A DNA stretch of 64,000 nucleotides from Klebsormidium nitens. Taxonomy: Eukaryota; Plantae; Klebsormidiophyceae. The stretch lies in assembly GCA_000708835.1 (NCBI GenBank), contig DF237308.1, positions 1-64,000 on the forward strand. The letters are read 5' to 3'. Numbering within the stretch: position 1 is the first letter of the stretch; each line of letters begins with the position of its first letter. The notes beneath the pieces are model-generated. The model was given only the letters and a program-made list of their open reading frames with translations, was not told the DNA's origin and made no database searches. This document shows, in pieces, positions 37,601 to 49,000 of this stretch. Made by a program: the position numbers and the translations under genes.

Positions 37601-40600
37601 CCACGTCAGCAGGCCCTCTGTCGACGCGAAGTCGAGCCCGGCGTGCGCGGACCTGCGACAGCCGGAAGGGAGGCCTTCGGCAAGGGCTTCGCAAGAGGAA
37701 CCTGTTTACTTCGCTCTCGAGAAGAACCTAAAAATTTCTGTAAGAGTTCTTCGAACCTCATTGCCGCACTGGCGGTGGGGGCCGAGAGGCAAATCAGCGC
37801 CCACAGATTGGCGGGCGGCGGCCTTCTTCAAAGAATGGTAGACACCTCGGCATCAGGATTTTGGCAAGCTTTGGATCAATTGTACTATTTTCTTGTGAAG
37901 ATACGCGATCGGTCGGTGGCTCACCCGTCCAGTGTGAGATAATGCACGCCGACCTCCCCTCGTGCGCCCCCGGTTCGCTCCACGCGCAGCTCCACTTGTT
38001 CATCCCCCAAAAGGGCCGCGCACTGGGTGGCCAGAAAACGAATGCCGCCGTGCACTTGGACGACTGACGCGATGCGTGCGTCGTCATCTGCGCCAAAATA
38101 AAGGCAGGTCTTCCTCAGTAAAGCATTACTGGAGGGTCCTTTAGTAAAGCAACGGAAAAGACCAAAGGACCTCGCCACAACATGCCTGACCTTCGCACTC
38201 CAAGCGCTAACAAGTGTAACAAGAATCTGCAACAGGCTCTGTCTCGATCTCACGAATCGGCCAGTCAACCAAGACATCGTCCATCTAGACGGTACTGTTT
38301 GAACATTATTGGAAAAGCATTCGAGCGTTACCCTGTGGGATCTGTGCGCTCTCCCTGAGCGCCAACTCCTCCGCTTTCATCCGCTCTAGTTCTGCCCTCA
38401 GCACCGCGACCTCCTCCAGCGCGCCCTGCCGCGCGCGCTCACGCTCGTCCGCCTGCGCGCGCGCGCGCGCATTCTCCTCCTGGAGCCGCTGCACCTCCGC
38501 CCGCCATTTGGCGTCCGCCAGGTCCCATTCGTCCGCCCATCTTCTTTCCGAGTTCCGGCGCTGGTCAGACGGAATGGCGCTAGCATCCTCTCGAGGGGTT
38601 GCTGGCAGCTCGGGAGAAGCCCCCCCCGGCAGTGGAGACTCGGGCACGGCAGCGGGTACTTCTTCCGCTGTTCCGCCGCTCCGGCCGTGCCTCTCCTTTG
38701 GAGACGGAACTTCGTAGATGGCCGCGGACAAGCGCAGGAACTCGCCGTGCGTCTTCCGCCGCTCCGCTTTCTCGCGCCGCCGCTGCACCGTCTCCGACAG
38801 CGACTCGCTCCGCTTCAGCCGGGGCAGAGGCGACCCGCCGATTCGCAAATCAGGTGACCGGGGCCCCGGGGACACCGGGGAAAGGTCGCCACGATCGGGC
38901 TCCAAGACGAGCATCGCACTGGGAGCGGTCAAGTCGAGCGTCGCTGGCACGTGGCTCTTGAAGCGGTTCGAAGCGAGCCGTTCAAAAACTTTGGGCAGAG
39001 TCTCTGGGTCAGCCGCTGGGTGCTCTCCACCGCGCCGTGTCCCCCGCCGACTGTGACTCGGAGAAACAGCCTCACTTTTGGTTGTTTCCGTATCCCCAAG
39101 CCCCTCGTTTTCAACGGCTGTCGGTCCCTCTTGAGAGCTCTCTTCCGCAGATTGGTTGCCCGCTAGTGAAGATTGTTCCGCTCCATTGTCTCCGGAAACA
39201 GTAGCCTCCTCAACATGGACGCTTTTCAGATACTCCCCTTGCGATTGGTCTTCGTCAGCGGCTTCTTCCATTTTATTCGCATCCGTTTGTGGCAGCCTCT
39301 TCTCGCTGACTTCATGCCACTGTGACGTACTGTCGTCTATGTTAGCTTCGCGCAATACGTTTTGATGGCTGTCCGCTGGAGCTACTTCTTCCGTACTGGG
39401 CTCGCCTTCATGAGCCGACGCGGATTCCGCTTCCTCCGGTGACTCTGGTATGCTCAACTGAGCTTCAAAGTCTCCTTCAATCATTTCGTTTTCTGCGCTC
39501 ACTTCCGAAGGCTCCACGTTCTCTTGCCTTTGCCCAGTTTCTGCCTCCGCCCCCCCAGCCTCCGTCTCTCGTTCTCTTTCTCTCCCACCTTCCGGCCCCT
39601 GCCTGCCATCGGGTGCCGATCCCCCCGCCCTTCTGAACGGATTCCACACACGCTTTCCCGGCGGCCCCTCATCCGTAACTCCAGTGCTCTCCACCTTCTC
39701 GTCTGCACCCCCTTGAGCCTCTCTCCTCATGGCTACATCCGTTTCAAAAACCCTCTGCCCCCCTTCTCGAGACACAGCGCTCTGCCTCGACCCTCTGTCG
39801 TCTTTCTCCTGCCCTGCCTCCCTCCCGGCCGTGCCACTCTCCCCCCGACCGCCTTCCCCGGGCACCTGCTCAGTCTGCACGCCTTCGTCGACTCTGACCG
39901 GGGCTTTCACCCGCCGTCCCCCGGGCGCCTTTTTCCCGGCCACCGCCCGGCTGGCCGCCATGCCCAGCTTGAGCCCCGCCAGAAACTGCTCCGACTGCGC
40001 GATCGCCAGCGCCGACTCGCTCTGCGAGCTCTCCGCAATCTCCGGCACCGTCGCGTTGTCGTTCTCGTCCTCTGACAGTTTCGCTGCCCCGCCCTTCATG
40101 GACGGCCAGATGCCGTTGGCCGGGGGCGCCGCGGGGCCCCCCAGGCTGCCCAGCTTTACAGTGGGCAGACGCAGGAAGGGGTTGCTCGACGCAATCGGGG
40201 CGCCTGCGCGGAGGGGCGACCAAAGCCTTGACAAACAGCAAAAGATAACCCGCCTCGTTTTGTGGCTAGTTATCTCGTGTCTCGCTGTCGCTACTTCCCG
40301 CAAGCAGTCCAGGGTTTCAAACTTGGCAGAAGTGAGCCGTGCCTCGCGACACCGTGATATCTCTGCCCTTTGTTTAAGGATCTCGGCTTCGCCGTTCTGG
40401 CAGCAAGTCTTCCCTCGGAGGCACGGCCAAAGACTTCGAAAGTAGAACCCGTCACAACTTCGATTCAGACCAAGCCACACAGGCAAACTGCACGCAGTCG
40501 ATGCCACGTGTCAGCCGACCAGCTGCCTGGCGCCTCACCCTGCCGTGGCCGCGCTTGCTCCGGTGCCACCACGAGGACCTGCGCCAGCCTGTCCCCGTGC

Positions 40601-43314
40601 TGCTGCAGCCACGTGTCCATCGCCGCTTGGTCCTGCTTCCGCTCGAGAGCAGTCAGCGCGCGCCGCAACCCGGAGTTCTCCTCGTGCAATACGCTGGCCA
40701 CCTGACGCGTGAAAGACACGGGTTTCAATCTGTCGTGCTATTCACGGGATAGAGGCGCACCAGTTTGTCACCACTCAAAGAAACAAAGGCTCTGTCAACT
40801 CGGTCACACTGAAACGCTGCGCTTTCCTATCCCACTGTCTTGCAACGTCAAGTCCATTGCATTGCCATGCTAGTAGCTACCAGAATCTCTGCGCGCTTCT
40901 CGCCTTTGTTTGCAGGAGACCCGTAAAGGGGAACAATTTTTCGTTGCCAGGGGCAATAAGAGGGTACGGCGCGGCTCTGTACTTGCTCGAGGTGAGTTCT
41001 GCAGGTAGAGTCACGTGCGCATAGATGCAAAGGACTCCCTTTGCAATCTTGATCCTAGGGCGAAAGGCCGAGTTGGTGGGTGACCTGACAAGTATCATCT
41101 TGTTGCCCACCTTTCTGGAGTTGGCCAGCGCTTTTTGCAGCGCCGGCATCCTGCGGTGGATCTCGTGGAAGCACGCCCCAAACATCAGCTCCGCTTTCTC
41201 CGCCGCATCTGGCACACCACAGAACAGCCGGGGGGGAGTCAGCGCACGCGAAAAAAGCGGGCCCAATTTAAAACAAGTGGTCTATAATGCGTACAACGGG
41301 TGGATCCTTGTTGCCACCGCACGGGATATGAAGGAGAACAAAGCGACCAAAGCGACCAGAGCGACGCGTGTCTTGAAAGGGACGGCCCTAGATACACCGT
41401 TGGTCACTCTTGATCATTAGCAGTCTCGACAGAGGGTTACGGTGCTATCACGCACTCGAAGTGTTTCAAGTCGGGCAAACGTCAGCGAGGGCCGGACTGC
41501 CTGAACGGCTCATTCGACATCTTAGCGCGTCTGTAACTGCTCATGAAAGTCCATCCTTCGCTTCATACTCTTGCAGCGCACACACGAAGTCGCGTCTGAT
41601 CGTCTCTGCCCATTACAATGAACTAGAGAACTAGAGAACTAAAGAATGGCAGGCTCGATCGCCACTTATCCACGTTCCCAACACCACAGGCGAGAACTCG
41701 GTCCCTGCAAACGAGCACGTGTGTTTGCCGCCGTCCTCACCGCGTTCGCCCTGCCCCGCCTTCTTCAGGCTCTCCACCAGCAGCCCCTTAAACGCGGCCA
41801 TCTCGCTGCGTGATGCGGCGCTGAGCATCGGGTACAAGCTCCTCTGCCACAGCGCACTACTCTCTGCTCTCGTCGGCGGCACGGACCACGACCGCTCCTG
41901 AGCCACCCCCCCTGAGGAGTCCTTCCCTTGCACCCATGCCACTTCCGCATCCAGATCCGACTCGTTCATATGCCCGGCATGCTTCAAGTGGGTGTATTGC
42001 ACTGTCTTGCTGCGGGTGTTCCCGTTTGGCAGCGGTTGCAGTGCCCGCTGAAGGGCAGGCCGCGAGCGCGGGCTGGCCAGCTCGTGCAGCTGCTCCAGCA
42101 TCGCGGTCCGGACGCGGTCCTCCGCGCCGATGAGCAGCCCCGCGGCGTTCTCTGACAGCTCGGCGCCCCGTCGTTTGCTCCGTTTCGGGGGGCACGAGTG
42201 TGGGCCCTCCGCACCTCTTGAAGCTGGGACTTCCAGATCGTACTTGGTCGATGCTAGTGGGGATTGAGGGGTGGGCTCGGTCAGGTTGGGGGCTGCAAGA
42301 ACAGAGGGCCCGTGCCGAGCAAAAGATAGGACGCTCCGGGATGGGCTCGGGTAAAGGGCTTCTTCGGCAGGGTCCAGGCTGTCCTGGCATGGAAGGTGGT
42401 TCGTGAGGGCACTGATACTGTGCCGGGAGAGGGGCACCTGCGGCCTGCAAGTGGCAAAAAGGAGGGTGAATGTTGAGAACACCGTAATGCTGTATTGTTG
42501 CAGCTTACCACTCATTATTATTCTTGGAGGTTCGAGATATCAGCATTCATGAAACAAGGTCCCTAGGAAATATAAAACTATCCATACAATCTTCAGAAAG
42601 ATTTCTTTACTTACCACAGATTACCACTTTAACCAGAAAGGGGGCTCTGCAATGCTGCATCGCACGGTTTGAAAGAAACGATTGACAAGGAAAACATGTC
42701 CCCTACCTGGTGTCATTCTCCCCGTTTTCCTCATTCGCCCCGTTTGAGTTCCCTCCCACGGGTATCTTCACTTCATGTCCAGCTGGCCTCAACTTCGAAG
42801 GAGTCTTTGCTCTGGCTCTTGTTACGACTGGCCGCAGGCGCTCTGCCTCAATGCTCTCTGTTAGCAACCGCGCGTACGGACTCTTTCTCCCTTTTGGCTT
42901 TGCCTCTTGTGCACTCGGCGCCCCCATCTCATTCTCATGCGAGTAGCTGTTCCCTTGCGTGCTCAGGGCTCCCAACTGCTCCTCGGACGCCGCCTTGCTT
43001 TCCCACGCAGCTTCAGCCTTCCCCTCAAACGAGCTCCGTTTACTTCGCCCCAGGCTCCGCTCTCGCGCAGCTTTCAGGTTGTCCAGCTGCTTATGCCCCA
43101 CCCAGGGGATGTTCGGAGGTGACTTGTGGCCGCCGGAAAGAGGGGGCAGCGCCGGAACCATGGCCTCATGATCAGACGACTGCGCAGCATTCGCGTCGAG
43201 CATCAAGCTTTTTACCCCTCGCTCTGGACCCATATTGCTTTGCGGCGAGGACAGTTGGAGCGGGCTTGGAGCTGCTTTGACCGGCCCAGGAGGCCGTCTC
43301 TCATACGGGCTCAT
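34684..43314 (-). CDS. Large uncharacterised protein (~1847 aa): disordered N-terminus, p28-like helical segment, acidic disordered region and coiled coil, Calx-beta domain, C-terminal helical/EF-hand-like region; 10 exons
   Basis: Exons 43314-42707, 42444-41741, 41208-41090, 40701-40539, 40203-38332, 38087-37925, 37652-36785, 36379-36152, 35852-35214, 34863-34684. All junctions are GT-AG and phase-compatible; total 5544 nt with no internal stop. Calx-beta signature VELRVERTGGARGEVGVHYLTLDGSAHAGLDF...GLLTWPEG...SIWVQLLEDEFGEGEQEFSVVL. The start codon is the least certain part. Confidence 0.8.
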
Positions 43315-44845
43315 GGGCGCCACCCTTGGTATTCACTGGTACTCACATTCTTGCCACCAGCAGGTTTCTACAGTGCAGAGAGAGGCGCGCTTTGCTTCAG
43401 CTCCCCGACTTGCTTGTCACGTACAGAAGTTACAAGCAATGTGGCAGCAGCTCGCACGTCGACTCGGGTTCAAGATATTCTCTGACACTTCTACTTACTT
43501 ACATCTACTAGGAGGATCTAATGCCTGCCAATGCGGAGCCTGGCTCCTGAGGCAGCAGATACTGCAATCCAGTTCGTGGAGTCCCAGTATCTGCTTGCCG
43601 AAGCCCCATGAATATTGCTGAAACCTTATATTGAGTACCTAGGTGGTGCATTTGTACCAAGAAAAATGAACGTCCTCTTCTTGGCTTTGATCTTGAGCCA
43701 GTACTGGCACTGGTATGCACAGAAGCCTGGACTCTGCTCTGGATCACTGCATATTTATGGAGCTCGGGTGGACCGTCAGCCGTACGGGCTGAGTTCGTTC
43801 CCACAATGGCCAGCTGACAAGATCAAACTGCGCGCGCAAGACGCATTTAAAATATCCACGTCCAAGAATGGAGAACGACTAACCGTACAAGAGTTTCACC
43901 GTCGATGGAGCGGCTGGCCTACCGTACCGCTCTGGTGAAGTTCATCCTGTGAGACTGGATATCGTAATGTGCATTACTCGGTGCACTGTAGTATGGTAGT
44001 ACTAAGTACGTTAGAGAGGGCTCAATTCAGTTGATTAGTTGTCTCACATGAGTCTCACGGCATCATCGTTCCACTGCAGTCTCTGAGTAATTCAATCGAA
44101 TGGCTGGTATCAAGCACTTTCAAGCTCTTACTCAGGCTTGGCAGTCTGATTTAAGCTTTTAAGTTAAGAGCCTGCCGTCTCTTTAAAAGCTAGAATGTTC
44201 GGTTTCATCGTGTACGATTGCTATCGGAGCGTTCCAACGATGTCCCCGTGCCGTTGCTGATCATCGTTGCGGAGTAGTTCCTTCAAAGGCAAGTTCGACC
44301 AGTATCATTTCAAGGTAATGAATTGTACGCGTGCGAGGGCGACATCAAGAACGGTCACTAAGTACTATGTTTGCATCACAGTGGGCTACATGATTGGGGG
44401 CCCTGCCGCATGATAAAGTTTACATAGCACATGAATATGTGTAGTAGGTTACAGTCAATAACTAATTTTTGCATGAGGTACGGTAGCGACCACGCTACCA
44501 GTACCCGGGCCGCCCGAGCTGTTGAATAACTTCATAGTTCAGATCTCATGCTTTGAGCTTTTGCAACGCGCAACTGTAAGCTAGTGGCGCGCGGATGTAT
44601 TGTAGCTAGAGGCTAGATGCATGAATTGTTACTAGCTAGATAACATTCATGCAAGTGTATCATGCACTGTTACCTTGAACGTCGGATGCTTAGCATGATT
44701 TGATGATTGGAATGTATAACTTGACATTTATACAATTTAGTTGAGTCTATGCAATTAGATCTTGCGCGCATTGAATGACAAGATGCGTCATGACGTGTGA
44801 ACTGTATATGATGCAAAGCACGTGATTTATCTTCTAATCTTAATG

Positions 44846-44954
44846 ATGCATTCTCTTTTCAAAACGCCGTAGCCACATGAGCCACAGGCTTCCATGGCTT
44901 ATACATGGGAATCAATGCTCGAGTTCCGAACGCCTAGCTACGTCCTACCGAATC
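44846..44954 (-). repeat. Dispersed ~110-bp repeat, copy B
   Basis: Inverted homologue of 4671-4783, 40 kb away. Confidence 0.85.
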
Positions 44955-46001
44955 TCCATGTGCTAACTTAGTCCAAATCTAGCTCCGAGCTATTCATGGC
45001 ATATTTATGTGGTCCATGCAATGGACTGAGATACGTATGCTAGCAAGATTGCTACAAATAATTGCGGCTAGAATAAAACGGTTGGAACTAGGATTAGTAC
45101 TAAGTAGCAGACGGCGGCTAGCGATGTGCCAGCTATCTCGGAAGGATGTCTGAGACCGCAGTCGGACCGAGAAGGTGCATGAGCATGGATCATTGTAGTG
45201 TTTTGGTACATATGCTACATGTGCCGGCCAGTATAAAGCTTTGGGCCCCGTACTTCACAGTTTCGGGGATCACTTCACCGTCGTGGAGCTAGGGAAAGAG
45301 GTACCAATATAGGCCGACATGATCGCGGCCAATGGCCGGTTGCGCACATGCAGTACATGACGCGCGATCCGATGATGTTGCGCGTGCTCCGGGTCGATCA
45401 TTCATCTTGCTGAGTCGGCCGTTGTACTGGATCCCACATGTGCAACGTACATCAACTAAGCTGACAGTTGCTCATTCAGCAGTGGAGCGGTGCCGACATT
45501 CCAAAGTTTGCTTCAATCAGGATATGCTTGGGCCGGAAATAGCGAACAACGTCGCCCAGGACGTATTGACATGAAACGTTGTGACATGTGCATTACGCCG
45601 TTATGATCTCAATAGGGCCTGCTGCGTGCAGGCCCTATCATTCCTGTCGAGACAAATTGATTCCGACTGCAATCATTACCCGGCAACAATGACAACGTGA
45701 CAGGGCTGAAGTACGAATGGCAACCGTGCACCAATTCAGGAAGGTTTGATTTTGATCATCTTCTACATGCACGAGTCATTCCAAGTACATCCTTCGGAAG
45801 TAGAGCTCCTAGCCCTACGTACTGTCAATCACTTCAGTGACATGGCAAGCACCACAGCACTTGACAACGGGCACTTCAACAGATAGAATTGGGACTTGGC
45901 AATGTAACAATACGACGGACTCAGAGCTTGCTGATTCCGCCGATGTCATCCGCAGATGTTGCCATCACTCAGCGATCAAACACCAAAAGAATGTCCGTCT
46001 T

Positions 46002-49000
46002 TCAAGGTTGCAGCAAAAACTTGAATATGTCTGTTAGTGTGATTATCCCCTCGACTCGCCTACTACCTGCTTCTACGCAAACGATCCTCCGAACACCTGC
46101 AGAACATGGTGTAAGAATTTAAAAGACTCAATGACCAGAGACATCTGCCTGTGTGCACGGCTCCAAAAGCTATTTGCTTTCTGATGACACGTATTACAGG
46201 CTGGGTGGGTTTCTCGTGACTAGAGGTCTCAGCAGAACGAAATCACGAGTTCGATATCTGCAGAACACATTTTCGGACTTGTGACATCCTTCCAACCCAT
46301 CACCAGCTGTATCAGGAATTCAACACTTGAACTCATGGATGACGGCAAATCAGGACAATTGTAAACACCAAGAAATCTCACCTGGAATCGTCAGTTTTTC
46401 TACTACGGTCCGTAATGAGTCGGAACGGAGGCAGATATTGTATCGCTGTCCGATGCCCCCCCCAGCTCCACCCCCAAGCCCGCTGGTGTCTTGGTTTCGA
46501 TACGAGAGAGCCTGCAGAGCACAATAAGGTTTGAACACCGCACACCGCACATCGTAGAGGCGAGAAAAGGCTACTGCACCGGGGCTTTTCCTACATCTAA
46601 AGCCGCCTACTTCGTGTGTTACATTCAAAAGCAGAAACGAAGGCCCATCCACAGACAGCCCCTGCTAAGGTCCTGGATAGATGGCATAACCAAGGTCGAG
46701 CTGACTATACCACGTGGGAAAAAGACGGAGGTTATACGAACCTCCTACTGAAGCCAACTTCTGAGAGATTCAAGGTGCTCCTTGCAGCTTTCATGAGTCG
46801 GGGGTAGATTTTAGCGCGCACGCTATTTTCAACCCTCACCTCTTTTAGCGTCAGATCTTGCAGTTGCCGCCGTGTGTAGATTCGGTCACGAGCAAGTGAC
46901 GTGATGTCGTTGCGGGCATAAACGTCTACCAACGCACCATTATCGTCAACTACAGGCAGTGCGCTGACATCAACTGCAACCCGAGACAACAAGATTAGGA
47001 CTAACCAGCTAAGAAAGCCCATCGTCAACAAAATCTCCGGCTTGCTTGTTGTGCTCGATGGGGTGAAGTGCGTTGAATTCATCGAAAAAGGGCTGGCTAA
47101 TTCCCGATCGCGTTCACAACAGCCGTATGTACTTCCGTAATTGCTTTGCAAGCTCAATCAAGCACCATTGAACGCTCCAATTGACTAGGACCTTTTACTC
47201 GGTAGCAGCAACTCTGGTCGAGCATCTTCAGTGCAAGAAACGCAAGGCCGAAGCAAACTTCAAAGTCATCCTGCAAAGAAACGTCCCACGAGGGGTGTCT
47301 TGCATTGGAAAACTTCATGTCGCGTCAGGCTGTGCAGGCAGGACGCAACGCTCACCCGCCAGCAGGGCGTCTAGGGCCTGGTTCAAGCGGTCCCGCTCCC
47401 GCACTACGCACAGCTGGCGGAGACCGGGACGACCAGTGTCCGCTGCACAACAAGCGCCACGCCCCTGGTGACCATTGATGGTAGAGCACGGAACCAATTG
47501 TGGGTGGTGCTGAGCTCAGCAGGGTTAGCAATGTTGAGGCGACAGCACGACACCATTGCATACAAGAAGCATGGCGCTGGAGATCGTTCTGGAGTTCGCA
47601 AAAGCTTTTGAAGGCAACTAACAACACTGAGCGTCTCCAAAACCGCAACTAGAAAGAAAGCAATCCATCACGCACCTGCCCAGGTTCCCAGCGGCAGGGC
47701 AGCCAAAGGGTGGTTGAAGAGGGGGAGAGAGTTGGGAACGTGGCGGAAATGCCGTCCTATACCTGCACACGATAGCGGGCCAATTGAGCGTGATATGGGA
47801 AAGGGCTGACAACCTGGAAACATGAAGACGTTACGCTTGGAATGGTCAAGCGAACTGTGGATCATCAACCAAGAAGACGCTCTCGTCAAGCCTTGCGAGC
47901 TTTCGCAAGCCGACCCAAGCAACAGCTTATAGACGCGCCTAACATTGCTTCCATCGCATTGAAAAAACCTCTAGATGGCCGCCTATCGGACGCCAGCGAA
48001 CAGAGTTAGTGCTTTGCTAACAAAGTAACCTTCCATAATGCGGCCGTTTGTTTCTCAATTTCACAAGCCTCGACTGCCCTCAGACATCCGACACAACCAG
48101 AGCCTTCCAATCATGAAGCTCTTTGAGCAACAGGAGTTCAGCAGGCAGAACTTTATGATGGTGCCCTCACATTTGAGCACCCCCGAGAGGGACGCCAGGT
48201 GCAGCAGCTGCTGGCAGCCGCCCTCCTGCTGGCTGGCCCACGCCAACACGGGCAAGGTCGCAACGCCTGCTTCCAACAGCTTGTCCGCCAACTTGCGCAA
48301 GCTCTCATCCGGCTCCACCGACACCAGCGCCGGCCGGCTCTGGTCTCTCGCCCCCGCCTGCGCCTGCGCCGCCGCTTTCTCCTCTTTCCACGCTGCAATC
48401 GTGTGCGTCTCGAGCTCCTCTTCACTCAGCACTGCCCCCGTGCTGTTGATCTGGCGCAGGATGGTGATGAAGTCGCTCGCGCTGAGCATGCCCACAAACT
48501 GCTGCGACTCAACGTCCCAGAGTGGGGCTGACGGAACCGCCTGCTCGTAGAGCGCATGGAAGGCCTGCTTCACAGGCAGGGTCACGTCCAGCGCCACCAC
48601 CTTCCCGCTCTCCGGTAGCAATTCGTACACCGTGTGCCGGTTCAAGAAGTCCGCGACCCGCTGCTTTGTCGCGTCTGCATCGCTTAGGCCCCCTACCGGG
48701 GTGTCCGACGGGATGGACACCGCTCTTTCTAGCCCAGGCGCGGCGGCATCATTTGCCACGGGCTGGAAGTGCGAGCTGGAGCTCGGCGGCAAGGCAGCGT
48801 CTGGCTGCGGCAGGGGGGCCTGCGGTTCCTGCGCTAAGGGGGGATGGGCAGGGCCCTGCTGGTGGGGGTGCTGTGGTGGGAGGGGCTGTTGCGGAATATN
48901 NNNNNNNNNNNNNNNNNNNNNNNNNNNNNNNNNNNNNNNNNNNNNNNNNNNNNNNNNNNNNNNNNNNNNNNNNNNNNNNNNNNNNNNNNNNNNNNNNNNN

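Noticed and set aside
39729-40445. 238-aa plus-strand ORF and other long antisense ORFs at 35-43 kb
   Set aside because: Antisense to the large Calx-beta gene; stop-poor because of high GC.
43615-43938. 107-aa ORF upstream of the large gene
   Set aside because: Non-ATG start, no homology recognised; overlaps the probable 5'UTR/promoter of the minus-strand gene.
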